Shown here: positions 34,709 to 47,804 of the stretch, piece by piece
Position numbering within the stretch: the first letter of the stretch is position 1
Layout: every line of letters begins with the position of its first letter
DNA from: Selaginella moellendorffii
Lineage: Eukaryota; Plantae; Lycopodiophyta
DNA: 64,000 bases
NCBI RefSeq assembly: GCF_000143415.4
Contig: NW_003314300.1
Location: 1,409,014 to 1,473,013, forward strand
Direction of reading: 5' to 3'
Notes under the pieces: generated by a model
Databases searched by the model: none
The model's input: only the letters and a program-made list of their open reading frames with translations
Told to the model about the DNA's origin: nothing
Program-made: the position numbers and the translations under genes

Positions 34709-36067
34709 ATGCTCCGGCGATGGGCCGCAGCCGCGGCATCCAGGACTAGAGCGCGATTGATCGCTGCCGGGAAGCTCGAAGAAGACGAGGAGGATGACGA
34801 TGCAGGGAATGCGCGGAAGAAGAGCCGTGGCGAGGAATTCCGGGAGCTTCAGGAGTTTCTCAGGATCATCGATGCCAGGGACGAGCCATTCGATGTGGAT
34901 TCCTATCAGCACGTCTTGCAGCTGTGCACGCGGCTGCGCGCCATGGCCGAGGGCGCCAGGGTCCACGATCACATCCGGCGGAGCCGGATGGAGGCCGAGC
35001 GGTTCGTCGGCAACGATCTCGTCTTCATGTACGCGGCATTTGGCAATCCAGGCGAGGCACGCCGGATCTTCGATGGCCTCGGCAGCCACAACATCCTCTC
35101 CTTCACCGCGATCATGCGCGCCTATGTCACGGCCGGGGATCCAGACGAGGCGCTCAAGATTCTCCACCTCGCGCGGCTCAAGGCGTTCAAGGCCGATCCG
35201 CCGATGCTCGCCATGGCCGTGGAGGCCGCTGGGATGAAGCGCGATCTCTCCCTGGGGCGATTCTTCCACGACACGATCCGGCGCTGCGGGTATGATCTTG
35301 ACGCCGGGGTTGCGATCTCGCTCATCGGGATGTATTCCAATTGCGGCGAGATCGAGGCCGCCGTCCAGGCGTTCGATCGCGTCAAGAGATTTTACAGGGT
35401 CTTGGTGTGGAACGCTTGCCTCGAGGCGTTTGCCAAGAACGGGGATCTATCGCGGGCGCTGGGGATGTTTCGAGTGATGATCTTGGAGGGAATGCCGCTT
35501 AATCCTTCAAGCTTCCGGATTGCGCTTGGAATCTGCCGCAGCGCGGAGGATTTGTCGATCGGGAGGTTGATCCACTCGTGCGCTAGCAGCAGCAGCCGTG
35601 ATCTCCGCCTCGATCTGGCAGTGGAGCTCGTGAGGATGTATGGAATTCGCTGTGGATCTCTCGACGAAGCGGTGGAAATCTTCCAGAGGATCCATAAGAA
35701 GGATCTCCAGGCCTGGAACGCGATGAACCGGGCTTATCTCACGCACGGCCACCGGATCAAGGCGCTCGAGGGATTCACGCGGATGTGCTTGAGCAAGATC
35801 GTCCCGGACAGAGAGAGTTTCCTCCTGGCGCTGGATTCCAGCCCCGGGCTCAAGGATTGCAAGATGATCCACGCGTTGCTGGTGAGGAACCGGGTGGAAA
35901 TCTCCGACGCCATCCGCGAGAAGCTGGTTGCCGCGTATGGATCGAGCCGGCCGGGGCGAGATGGGCAGAGGGCGATGGCGAAGATCCACGAGAGAATCCT
36001 TGGCTGGGACAGGGAGAAGCGCGAGGAGGAGAGCTACGTCTTTAGCTTCTTCGACTTCCAGGACTAA
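34709..36067 (+). CDS. PLS-type PPR protein without E/DYW domain (452 aa)
   Basis: Repeated motifs GNDLVFMY..G...ARRIFD, SLIGMYSNCG..AVQAFD, WNA; Arg/Ala-rich N-terminus. Confidence 0.88.
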   Translation: MLRRWAAAAASRTRARLIAAGKLEEDEEDDDAGNARKKSRGEEFRELQEFLRIIDARDEPFDVDSYQHVLQLCTRLRAMAEGARVHDHIRRSRMEAERFVGNDLVFMYAAFGNPGEARRIFDGLGSHNILSFTAIMRAYVTAGDPDEALKILHLARLKAFKADPPMLAMAVEAAGMKRDLSLGRFFHDTIRRCGYDLDAGVAISLIGMYSNCGEIEAAVQAFDRVKRFYRVLVWNACLEAFAKNGDLSRALGMFRVMILEGMPLNPSSFRIALGICRSAEDLSIGRLIHSCASSSSRDLRLDLAVELVRMYGIRCGSLDEAVEIFQRIHKKDLQAWNAMNRAYLTHGHRIKALEGFTRMCLSKIVPDRESFLLALDSSPGLKDCKMIHALLVRNRVEISDAIREKLVAAYGSSRPGRDGQRAMAKIHERILGWDREKREEESYVFSFFDFQD

Positions 36068-36144
36068 GTCTCGGGCGGTCAGGGGTTCGAATCGCCAGGA
36101 GCGGGGCCAGGGTTTATGAAGAACCCTAAGGGTTTTTCCTCGCG

Positions 36145-38306
36145 ATGAAACGAGCGCGATCGATTGCTGCTGGGCTGCTGGGTAAGATCACGAGACTCCA
36201 ATTGGGCTGCATTGTTACTGATTCCTCTTTCCAGGGCGATTTCTCCGGCAGTGCCAGCAGCAGCAGGGATCGAGAGGGGTCTCGACTAGGCCAGAAATTC
36301 TCTCTAGTCCACCGATCTCGACTTTTCTTCCTGGAGTGAAGTATGGCACCGCGAATGTCCTGGCGGAGCAGTACAGGATCCAGTCCCAGATCGCGGGAAG
36401 CAAGCTGGATCATCTGGGTGATCGACTGGAGGCGTTTCTTCGAGCTCCAAGCAGCGATGTGGTCTCCTGGACGAAAATTCTGGCGGCTTGCAACGAGCAC
36501 AGGGACTACATTGGAGCTCTGGACCTCTTCGATCGGATGCGCGAGCAAGGCGTGGTGCCGGACAGGATTTGCTTTGTGACGGTGCTTGACTCGGTGATCG
36601 GGCTGGGAGATATCGCGCAGGGGAAGAGAATCCACTCGATGGTACTGGATCGCGAGCTCGAGAGAGATTCGATGATCGGGACCGCGGTGGTGAAGATGTA
36701 CGCCAGGATCGGAAGCATCCAGGACGCTTGCCGGGCGTTTGATCGGATCGACCAGCCGGGAGTGGCGGCATGGACTGTTCTAATTGGAGCTTACTGCCGG
36801 CTGGGGAGCTTCAACAGCGTGATGCAAATCCTGGAGAGGATGGAAGCCGAGGGAGTGAAGCCCAACGAGGTGACGTTCATCACCATCCTGGATACTTGCA
36901 AGAACCTCGCGCTGGAAGATGGCAAGAAGATCCAGGCGCTGGCGAGCGAGCAGCAGCAGCGCAGCCTAGACGCCAGCGCCAGGATCGGCACTGCAGTGAT
37001 CGGGATGTTCTCGCGGTTCTCGAGCATGATCCTGGCGAGGGAGGCGTTCGACAAGATCTCGCAGAAGAGCGTCGCGGCGTACACTGCGATGATCGCCGGC
37101 TACGCGAACAACAAGCAGCCGAGGGAGGCGCTGGCGATCTTCCAGGAGATGATCCGGAGGAGGGTGGCGGCGGACAATCTCGTTCTCGCGGTGGCGATCA
37201 GCGCCTGCGCGAGCATCCCCGATCTGGAGGAAGGGAAAGCTCTTCACTGCTCGGCGATGGATCTTGGCCTCCACCGCGACGACGTTGTGAGGACCGCGCT
37301 GGTGGACATGTACTCGCGGTGTGGATCCATGGAGGACGCGAGCGCGGTGTTTGGCGAGATCGAGAGGCCGGATACAATAGCGTGGTCGGCGATGATCGCC
37401 GCGCTGGGGCGGCACGGCGATCCTCGCGGCGCGGTGGCGATGGCGGCGAGGATGCAGCAGGATGGGTGGCGGCCCACCGGCGCGACGATGGTGGGCGTGC
37501 TGGCGGCGTGCGCGCACGCCGGGATGATGGAGGAGGCGGTGAAGTTCTTCGTGGATATGGCGGTGGATCACGGGCTGGCGCGCGAGAGGGAGCACTTTGG
37601 CTGCCTGGCGGACGCGCTGGGGAGGAGAGGAGAGCTCGCGCTGGCGGAGGAGCTCATCCGGGCGATGGCGGCGGAGGAGTGGGACGAGAGGATCTGGCAC
37701 TCGCTGCTGGGGAATTGCCGGAGCTACAACGACATGGAGCGCGCGAATCGCTGCGCGGACGTGATCATGCGGCTGGATCCAAAGACTGATCCTCTGGGCG
37801 TTGGCGGGATGATCACTGGCGGAAGAGCTCCCGCGAGGTGGGAGGATGCCAAGCGAGTGAGGAAGCTCATCGCGGCGAGGGCGATCAAGAAGGAGCCCGG
37901 GAAGAGCATGATCAGCGTCAAGAACAACGTTCGTGGCTTCGTCGCGGGCGATCGATCGCATCCTCACACCAAGGAAACGTATGAGGAGGTCCACAGGCTC
38001 ACCGATCTGATCAAGAAGGAGGGATACATCCCCGACACGAGGTATGTTCTTCACGATGTTCCGGAGGATCAGAAGGAGAGATTGCTGTGGTATCACTCCG
38101 AGAGGCTGGCGATCGCGTATGGCTCGATCACGACGCCGCCAGGGACGGCGCTGAGGATCATCAAGAACTTGCGAGTTTGCGGCGATTGTCACACTGCGAC
38201 GAAGCTCTTTGCGAAAGTGATGCAGCGGGAGATCATCGTGAGGGATAACAGGAGGTTTCATCACTTTGCAAAGGATGGCACGTGTTCTTGTGGAGATTAT
38301 TGGTAG
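36145..38306 (+). CDS. PPR-DYW organellar RNA editing factor (exon 1 36145-36181, exon 2 36235-38306)
   Basis: [13 protein letters not shown] splices in frame to ORF 36336-38306. PLS repeats, HSERLA, CGDCH, terminal DYW. Confidence 0.93.
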
Positions 38307-38434
38307 CCTAAAGGTTATAAGATCTTTCTATTTGAAACTCCCACCTAGGGTATATCTTTATCGCATAAACCCTAAAACGCCGCGTTCCAGGGTTTTAGGC
38401 GAGGGTTTTAGTCGCGAGAGAGGGCGCCCGGGCA

Positions 38435-41001
38435 ATGAGGCAGGCGCGCGGCGCGATCAGGGCTGGCTTGCGAGGTATGTGCGCCGCTAGAGCTTGTAGC
38501 GCATTATCCAGGTTTTCTTGCCGGGATTGTGATGGAAATAGGCGGTGCGGGCAATGCCTGCTGCTGCCAGGGTCGATTGGCATGGATTTCGAGGTCTAGA
38601 GGATGGCCAGTGTCGCATTCTAGCGGAATGAAGCAGCATTTGCTTGTAGATCTTCCATTTCTAGCGTTTCTTACCGTGGGCACACGGATTTCCTTTGCTT
38701 GCTCTACTATTTTGATTTCCTTTGCTTGCTCTACCACTTTGATTTCCTTGCGTGCTCTACCATTTTGATTTCCTTTGCTTGCCCGTTTTGATTTCGTTTG
38801 CTTGCTCTACCATTTTGATTCTGTGCTACCATCTTCTAGAAGTTCTCTAGATTTTTCAAGTTCTAAACGTTGGTGTTCTTCGTTTGGATTTTCCAGGATG
38901 GCGCCAGTGTATGCAAGTCCAATCTCCATTCCAGCAGACGATCAGGCAGGCCAGCGCCGTGGCTGTTCCAGCCTACACTCCTCCGCCCTTGCCGACCGTC
39001 AGGCAAGTCAGTGGAGTGCCGCCGCCAGTTTACACTCCACACACGGCTCCCATTCCTCCGGGGATGTGGGGGAAGTTCTTCATCATCCCCCGGCACATCT
39101 CCGAGGAGCCCGCGGGTCGCAAGCTTGCAGAACTTGGAAGTAAGATCGACGCGTTCTTAAAACTTCCCAACAAGGACGTTGCGGCCTGGGCACAGATTCT
39201 AGCAGCTTGCACCGAGCACCAGGAATACGTTGACACTCTCGACCTCTTCTACTACATGAGGAGAGAGTCCGTGGTTCCGGACAAGGCTTCTCTGCTCGCT
39301 GCAATGGAAGCTGCGGTGGGACTGGGTGATGGCGCGGAGGCGAGAAAAGTCCACTCGCTCCTCGTCGATGGTGGTTTCGACTCGGATCCAGAAGTCAAGT
39401 TTGCGGTGATGAGAATGTATGCAAAAGTTGGCAGCATCCAGGAGGCATGCAATGCTTTCGACAAGATCGAGAATCCAGACGTGAAGGCTTGGACGACGAT
39501 GCTCGAGGCCTACTGCCGGCTCGGGAAGTATAACGCGGTGCTCCAGATCTTAGATGTGATGGCCAAGGAAGGAGCGCCGCCGGACGAGGATACTTACGTT
39601 CTCGTCGCTCAGAAATCCAGGAACATTACAGTGGATGAAGCCAAGAAGCTCCAGAGGCTAGTCGAGGAGAAGATTGGGCTGAGCGCCAAAGTCGGGACCG
39701 CGATCATCAACATGTTCGCGGAGAAGTTTGGAAGTATGATCCTTGCTCGGGTGTGCTACGACGCGATCGAGGACAAGAAGGTGTCCGTGTTCTCGGCAAT
39801 GATGAAGGGATACCTGGCTCTCAACCAGTATAGGGACGCGATCGACATTGCTCACGACATGCTGGAAAAGGGGGTGGAGCCTGACGTGTTCGCTCTCGGC
39901 TATGGCCTCACGGCCTGTGCCGGAGCGCGAGAGGTGGAAGAAGGCAAAGCTCTGCACTACACGGCTATGGAGTACGACAAGCACGAGGACATCTTCGTGA
40001 AGAACGCGATGGTTAACATGTACTCTCGCTGCGACTGCCTGGACGAGACCAAGTTGGCGTTTGAATCATCGGAAGAGCACGACGTCGCGGCCTGGTCCGC
40101 GATGATTGGAATCCTGGGAATGAAGGACGAGAGCGATCGAGCGCTCAAGCTGGCCAGGATGATGCAGCAGGACGGGGTGATGCCGGACAAAGTTACGTTC
40201 GTGGACATCCTCACGGCGTGTGCTTACGGTGGTCACCTCCAGGAAGCTGGCCGCTACTTCAAGGACATGAAGTTCGACTATGGACTGGTCCCGGAGATGG
40301 AGCACTACGTCGCTCTGGTGGACACGGTTGCGAGGAAAGGCTACCTCCAGGAGGCCGAAGACCTGATCCGGATGGTGCCGCTCCAGGTGAACGAGATCAT
40401 CTGGTTCGCGCTGCTCGAGTGCTGCAAGTCCCAGAACGATGCTCCGCGGACGCAGCGCGTGGGCGAGATCATCATGAAGATCAACAACAAGCTTGATCCG
40501 CTGGGAACCGGAGCTCACAGGGTGGCGGCGAGATGGGAGGAGGCCAAGCGCGTGAGGAAGCTCATGACGGACAGGGGGATCAAGAAAGAGCCCGGCAAGA
40601 GTATGATCAGCATCAAGAACACGGTGCATGGGTTCGTGGCCGGCGATCGCTCGCACCCGCACACGAGGGAGATTTACGCCGAGGTGGACAGGATCACCGC
40701 GCTGATCAAGAAGGATGGATACATCCCCGACACGAGATACGTTCTTCACGACGTTCCAGAGGACAAGAAGGAGAGGCTGCTGTGGTACCACAGCGAGAGG
40801 CTGGCGATGGCTTACGGACACATGAACACGCCGCCGGGGCAGCCACTGAGAGTGATCAAGAACTTGCGAGTGTGTGGAGACTGCCACACCGCGTCCAAGC
40901 TCTACGCCAAGGTTATGCAACGAGAGATCATCGTGCGAGATAACCGGCGGTTCCACCACTTTGCCAAGGATGGGACGTGCTCCTGCGGTGACTACTGGTG
41001 A
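38435..41001 (+). CDS. PPR-DYW organellar RNA editing factor (exon 1 38435-38474, exon 2 38897-41001)
   Basis: MRQARGAIRAGLRG splices in frame (phase 1) to ORF 38884-41001. PLS repeats, HSERLA, CGDCH, DYW. Confidence 0.93.
38686..38830. repeat. Intronic minisatellite, ~27-bp unit (tttgatttcctttgcttgctctacca), 5-6 copies
   Basis: Visible tandem copies in intron 1 of the third PPR gene. Confidence 0.85.
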
Positions 41002-41343
41002 TCCATGGATCAACTTCGTCCAAGACTGTAGGTAAAAGTCTCTCTTTTCTTCGTTGTTCTTGACATATTCATTCGCTTTCTTCTAACTTCGCGTCTTTTT
41101 GTTTCGCAGTAAGGCAATTCTGCGCTAGCTCGCAATAAACTGGCCAGTGATAGAGAGCTTTCATAGAGAGACTTTAGCTAGTTATAGTACTGTGTAGGAA
41201 AACAGGACTTAAATTCAAAGTGGTGTTTTTTCAGGTAAGTTGATGGTCGCTCATGTCAAAACGCTCAAGAGCTTGAGTTTTCCCGAGAGGATGTGATGGT
41301 GCTTGCTACTGAGAGTTTTGAGATTTTCCTCATACTTGTTTTC

Positions 41344-42409
41344 TTACCGGCGCTTCTTGCTCTTGGGCTTTTTGGAGCTGGAAGGAGCCACCATCAGGTA
41401 CACGAAGATCCCCACGATGGAAAGCACCGACACAAGAGGGCCGTATTTCAACGCGATGTTCTGGACGGGAAGAAGTAAGGTGTTAGAAAAGCTCCAGAGG
41501 AACGGAAGAAATCTACCTTGATCTGCGTGTGAGATTGTTGTACGGGAGACAATCGCAAGTAAGCAGTACTTTAGTAGCAGAGGACGAGGACCAGAAAAGC
41601 TTTAAAAACTTACGAAATCGTATTTGATCCCACTTGGTTTGTCGGAGAGAGTGTCCAGCGGCGGCAGTGGAGTAGACCATGCTTCCTGATTGATTGATCA
41701 TCACAATGTACAAACCATCACGACGACGAAAATTCCAAGACAACGAATGCTCTCGAAGTTATCATCTCTAGAACACGTACCTGTAGCGCTGATTTGGCCG
41801 CCACGCGATACTTCACGACCGCGGGAGCGGCTTGGAACGAACCCTTGGTTTTGGGCTCCAAGACAAACGAATGCTGCAGGGACTTTCCACTGCAAAACAG
41901 TGTAAGTTCCACAAAAGACTTCCAAGAAAAACCATTGAAACTTACACTTCTAGCTTCTCCCATGCTGTGGATGTGTCCCCGGACACGACATTGAAGTAAG
42001 AACTGGGCCACGAATCGTCGATCAAGCTCACATCATACGCTGTGCTGCAAACATTCCAATCGTAAGAATTTGGATAGCGATCAAACTCTATCCCAGGGCA
42101 GAGAATTTCTATCAATCAGTGCAAGAAAGCAACAAAGTCATGCAATTCAATCCAGCCAGATCGAAAATATTGCTCAAAGTCGAGCAATCCCAGGCCGATT
42201 CCTCCAACCTAGCTCAAGATTTTTCTTACTTACGTGGATCCCGCGTTGTGAACGACGAGCGAGACAGTGATGCGCTCCGATCCAGGCTTCAATCGCTTGA
42301 TCTGCACCTCCTTGTGCAGGAGAAGGAACGCACCACTGCCGGCATCCGCGAGCGCTCCCACGGCGCCGAGTAGCGCCACGAATGCGAAGACGAGCGCCGC
42401 TCCAGCCAT
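41344..42409 (-). CDS. SSR2: Translocon-associated protein beta (TRAP-beta), multi-exon
   Basis: Signal peptide, FLLLHK..RLKPGSERITVSL.VHNAGS/TAYDVSL.DDSWP, HSFVLEPK, C-terminal TM followed by KKPKSKKRR*. Confidence 0.9.
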
Positions 42410-43329
42410 AGCTTAGCTCGTCACAGTCAACAAACCCCTAAACTCTCTCGGAGCCCTAAGAACTGCCGGGATCCCAGCCGTTCGCTATTCAACGCTCAGG
42501 ATTGGGCTTCCGTTAAGTCTATTTTATGTTTAATCTTAAATAAAACACCCCTCCAATTTTCCCGGACTCCGATTTTAGATACTTGGAGACACGGACGGCT
42601 GCGATCTGCCCATCCGCGCATCTGGCTGACACGTGTCAGTTACCAACGTTAATGTTTGTGCCCGCTCGGGCAGCCCAGGGCGTGGGAGGAGATTTTTGAC
42701 GGGTTCTTTTATTTTACGGGCAGCGCGGGCAGCTTCGTCTTCCTCCTCCCGGCTATGGCGTCGCGGGCCTTGTAGCTCAAATCCTCCCTTTTCTCCCCAT
42801 CCGCGCGTTAGATCTCGGTTTTTTCCTCGCATTTGGCAGCTCGGGAGGCCGCGAGTGGTAGGGTTTAGTGAGGGTTTTGCTTCGGCGGCTATGGCTACAC
42901 TGGATTGCTACTCTTCGTCTTCTCTTTGTTCCTCGTCGTCTTTGTTCCTCTTCGTGGCTTCGTGTTTCCTTGCTGAATGGCGCTTGAATTGAAAGACTGT
43001 TTCTCTCCTGACGATCCCGGTTCTTTGCAGGCCAGAAAGAAAAACATTCCTTCCTTAGATCTCTCTTTTGTGTTCTTCTAGCAGCGATTCGTTTCCATGG
43101 CGCTGGTTGGAAAGAGGCTTCTGGAGCTCCGAGGCATCGATGGAACAAGGTACTGTAATTTCTTCTTCCCAGATCTTCTCTAAACGATTCTTTTCCAGTT
43201 TTCCAGCGGCAATCTTCTCCTCGCTTCCAGGTGAGTTTGATAGAATAGATCAAAGCTTTGGTTTCTATGATCGTTCTTACATAAGAAACTGTGACCATGA
43301 GAATTTTTTATGCCTTTCTTTCCAGATGA

Positions 43330-43885
43330 CGATACTAGCATGGGTCCAGACATATCCGAGGTATCAGTCTATCCATCTATCCTTGAGTTCTTTAGCGATT
43401 TAACAACGATTTCTTCTTTGATTCTTCCCAGGAGGAACCATCTCTTTCATCATCGAAGCTAACGGAGGACAACGATGGAGAAGAACAGGTAATCCACAGT
43501 ATCGGGCTCTCGATTTGATTTAACTTTGATCGGTTCATAGACTGGATCCGAGTGTGAGGTGACCCAAAAGGACGACGAGGACGATCACAGCGACGAGGAC
43601 GAAGACAATGGCGGGCGCGAGAGCTCGGACGTGGACGACGGTGGCAAGAACGACGACGACGAGGATGGCGGCGGCGGCGGCGGCGGCGATGGCGAGGAGG
43701 AAGCCGGAGGGGGCGACGATCCAAGCTACGAGGAAGAGGAAGGAGAAGAGGACGAGGAAGAAGAAGTGGAGGAGGACGATGGGGATGAGCCCTACGAGGA
43801 GGAGGAAGATGACGAGGAAGACGAAGAAGACGAGGAAGATAACAATGACGAAGACGAGGAGCCTCCCAAGAAGCGAAAGAAGTGA
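43330..43885 (+). CDS. Highly acidic D/E-rich protein with C-terminal NLS (PPKKRKK); 5' exons unresolved
   Basis: ORF 43559-43885 preceded by small GT-AG-bounded exons between ~43030 and 43540. Confidence 0.65.
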
Positions 43886-44242
43886 AACGGGCAAAAAGGA
43901 GTTTAGGGTTCTTCTTTTTAAGAGACAATTTGATTTTAGGGTTTCTTAGCGAATATTATCAAGAATATGCTTTTAAAAATTTTGCCCAAACCCTAAGTAA
44001 ACTTTCTCTTTAGCAAGAAAAGTTGACATTTGACAACGTCTTGACAGCTTATTATTTAGGCCTCGTTTCACACTAAAAAATATGCTTAAGATTGGTAGGT
44101 GACGGCACTTTGACCGAAACCATTATCAACGGTGGCGATGCGTGGGAGGCCGACGGCCAGGATGCGCCCTTGGACAACACTATAAAAGCTTTCGGCTGGG
44201 GGGGCGAGCGAGAAGAATAATCCCGAGAGAGAGAGAGAGGAG

Positions 44243-45918
44243 ATGGGCAGCCTAGAATCGCCAAGAACAGCGCACGGATGGGCCGCGCACGACGGCTCCG
44301 GCATTCTCTCGCCATACGAATTCCCTCTCAGGTTTTCTTCCTTCCATTTCCCTGTCGAGCGCGAGTGGATCGAATTGGCGAGATGAGAATTTCGTGCTCT
44401 TGCAGGGAAGTGGATCCCGATAACGTGGAGATTAAAGTACTCTACTGTGGAATCTGCCACACCGATCTCCACCAGCTCAAGAACGACTATGGAATGTCGC
44501 GATACCCAATGGTTGCCGGGTATGAAATCCTCTTTCTATCGAATTCCTTGCGAGAACTGATCGATCGATGGAATTGGGTTTGATTCCAGGCACGAAGTGG
44601 TGGGAACCGTGACGAAAGTCGGTGCCGGCGTGGAGAGATTCAAGGTGGGCGATTGCGTCGGCGTTGGATGCATCGTTGGTTCTTGCCAGGATTGCAATGC
44701 TTGCACCGGGGATATGGAGCAGTACTGCTCGAAAAAGCGATGGACCTACAACGATGTCTTCCCCGATGGCGAGCCAACTCAGGGTGGATTTGCCGATATC
44801 ATGGTTGTCGATCAAAGGCAAGAAGATAATCCCTCCTTTTCCTTCCAAGTTCTTCCCAGGCTTTTCCAGCGAAAGAGTTCTCCAAGTTTCCTCCGACAAA
44901 GTTCTAAGTGACAAAGATTCGCTCGAAAGTCTTCCAAGTTCTTGGCACGTCGCCGCTGCCAAGTTTTCCCAAAAGTTCTTCATGTCGAGATCCATATTCT
45001 CGTCTCCACTTTCATCCCCTGTCTCTTTCACTGTTCTTGAGCTCCATAGCTTTTTCCTGCGAACTCTTCTCGTTCCTGACCAGGAGCCATCTTTTCTTTC
45101 CAGATTCGTGGTGACCATTCCAGAGGGACTGGCACTCGACGCCGCAGCTCCGCTTCTCTGTGCCGGGATCACGGTCTACAGCCCGATGAAGCACTTTGGA
45201 ATGACCGAGCCTGGAAAGAAGTGTGGTATCCTCGGTCTCGGCGGTGTCGGGCATATGGGAGTCAAGTTCGCCAAGGCATTCGGCCTCCACGTTACGGTCA
45301 TTAGCACTTCTCGCAGCAAAGAGAAGGAGGCCCGAGAAGTTCTGGGAGCGGACGACTTCTTGGTCAGCACTGATCCGGAGCAAATGGCAGTAAGTTTTCT
45401 CGTCTCGTCTGGCTCGAATTCTTTTCTTGTCTCTGCTGCTTCCCTGTCTTTGATGCTTACCTCTTTCTCTGGATGTTTGTATTTACGATCAGGCTGCTGC
45501 TCAATCCCTGGATTATATCCTCGACACCATTCCAGCTCCTCATCCGCTGGATATGTACTTGCCTCTGTTGGGAATGAATGGCAAGTTCATTCTCCTTGGA
45601 GTTGCTCCGGCACCTCTACAGTTCGTGGCTCCTAATATCCTCCTGGGTAAGAACGAGAGAAAAGTTTAAATGGTTTGAGAGAGACAAGAAACTTACTTGT
45701 GGCTTTTGTGTCCAGGACGACGTATGATCGCCGGGAGCTTTATCGGCAGCATGAAGGAGACGCAAGAGATGCTGGAGTTTAGCGCCGAGAAGAAGATCGA
45801 GTGTATGATCGAGACGGTAACTTTCGACTACATCAACGAGGCGATGAAGCGGCTGGAAAAGAACGACGTCAGATACCGATTCGTGATAGACGTAGAAAAG
45901 TCGAACAAGAGCGCGTGA
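44243..45918 (+). CDS. CAD: Cinnamyl alcohol dehydrogenase, 6 exons
   Basis: MGSLE start, CGICHTD, GHEVVG, structural-Zn cysteines, [15 protein letters not shown]. Confidence 0.95.
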
Positions 45919-46448
45919 AAACAGTCACACAAAGAATGAAAACAGAGATACACACACACACATACACACAGTTACCATGGACAAGGAAACAAGAGGGTGG
46001 TGTTTCAATTCAACGACGACCGAGTTATAGTATCTTACTGTACATCGATCGATCTGTTTGGAATAAATCCAAGAAACTAGTCTGGAATTCAAGGAATTAA
46101 AGAAAAAAAGAGTCAATATCCACAGGCTGGTGAGCGGCACACAAGCAGAGTCACAGGACGGGAAGGTGTGAAGACAACCCAACACTCTTTGTTGGAAAAT
46201 GACAGCACGTCTCAGTCAAGCCACGAAAGCACGACTCCTCCAAACTAGACCTTAACCACGCAAAATGCAAAGATAATGAAAACTAGTTCGTACCTTGAGG
46301 ACCCGTTCTGAAAGGCGATCATGCGCTCACGCTCGCTTCTGAGTGGAGCAAAGTGCGTTACACTAAAAGATTCAGGGCCCAGTGATGAAAGCTGAAAGGT
46401 ATACCTTATTTATATTCGCAGTCGTGTGTCGTGTGTCGGTAGCTACAC

Positions 46449-47696
46449 TCATTCTTTGGCCTTTTCACTGCTGTCTACGACCTCGTCTCTCTTGTTCTTC
46501 TTTATCTTGTGCAAGAACTTCTCGTCCCATGTCTCAAACTCGTTGTTTGTAGCTTCATGTTCGAAGTCTTCTGGCTTTTCCGCATGCTGCAAGTGACGAG
46601 CAAGATGTTGTTTAGGCAAGGCGAAGAGAATTTAGAACAAAAGAAGAAGCAGAAGACATTTTTGTGACTAGCTTCTGAAAAGTTCTTACGGCGGATTGCT
46701 CGGCGAGATTTTGTAGCCTCGAGAGAAGTCCAGTGCCCCGGTCCCGCAGCTCTTTTATTCTGGTTTTCTCAAACAGCATCCTTGTGATGTTCTCCTTTAT
46801 TTGCGCTTCTTCCAAGCTTTGGTTGTTCACAGCAATCTCAAGCTGGAGCCCATGGAGAGAAAATATCAAGCTCTTTTGTCAAAAAAGAAAGGATAAAAAC
46901 GACAGCCGACTGACCTGGACATGGAGTATACATGCGAGTACACTAGCTAAGGGTAACCAGCTATCATCTGTCGACAAAGACATCCCACTCCTGCATCGTT
47001 TTCAATCACAAGTCAGCGAAGTAAACTAAGGATAGGTTCTCACTTGAGGTAGGGAGCAAGATAAACTATCGAGAAGATGAGATATTTTCGTTTGCTTGTA
47101 TCAAGCCACGCAAATACCCATGCCTAGTAACAAGACAGTTAAGTTCATAGTAAGAAAAGAAGAACTTCCTAAGTTCGATAAAGAAAAACAAAGAACGAAC
47201 AAAAGAGATTACCAGCCAGTCGAACAAAGGAATGAAACTTATAATCCCCATTGCTGCGTAGCGAACGTCGTCTGGACCAAAAACACTGCCATCGGGCTTG
47301 GTTTGTCCACTTGGTAGAACCAAAGAGCTCAAAACACAAGCACCGATTGCCACTGCGTAGGGAGCGTCCTCTTGTAAAACAGCCTTCCATTGTGCCTTGT
47401 CTACGTTTTTCTTCCATGTAGAACTAGAAGAACGAACAAAGAAAAAGATCAAGCTCTTAGTCCTTAGAAATCGAAGAAAAATCCTACCTTAGATTGCTTA
47501 GATTGTGCAGAGGACGAGCTTGGATTCCTGTTCTAAGAGATTTAACTCCTCGCGCTGCGAAATATTGCTCTTATTTCAAGCGAAGCGATCGAACGATCGA
47601 CGGAGGATTGCAAATGCGGCGAGAGAAATCTTGCTTACCCGATAGGTTAGAGCAGACGAGATGCCGCGATGGCGTCGCGAGGAAAGAGCTCGCCAT
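46449..47696 (-). CDS. Uncharacterised, probably plastid-targeted membrane protein, multi-exon
   Basis: Ser/Arg-rich N-terminus MASSFLATPSRHL; hydrophobic exons DVRYAAMGIISFIPLFDWL/AWVFAWLDT and WLPLASVLACILHVQ/LE; ends ..WDEKFLHK..AKE*. Confidence 0.75.
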
Positions 47697-47804
47697 CTCT
47701 CCCTCCTCGTCCTCCCGCGACCTAAAAAACAAAATCACTGTGCTCCACTGGTCGTGCGTTCGATACTCTTCCCCAGCAAATATTTCGAGTGAGTTTTAGG
47801 GTTT

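Noticed and set aside
38686-38830. CRISPR-like repeat
   Set aside because: Head-to-tail units without unique spacers, in a eukaryotic intron.
34682-41013. Long antisense/alternative-frame ORFs (e.g. 36966-38264, 36770-37789, 40066-41013)
   Set aside because: Shadows of GC-rich PPR coding sequence.
43392-43949. Hydrophobic or Arg-rich ORFs overlapping the acidic gene
   Set aside because: Alternative frames of GAR/GAY low-complexity codons.
44622-45635. 337-aa ORF as a novel CAD isoform
   Set aside because: Chance read-through of intron 3 into the real exon 4 frame.
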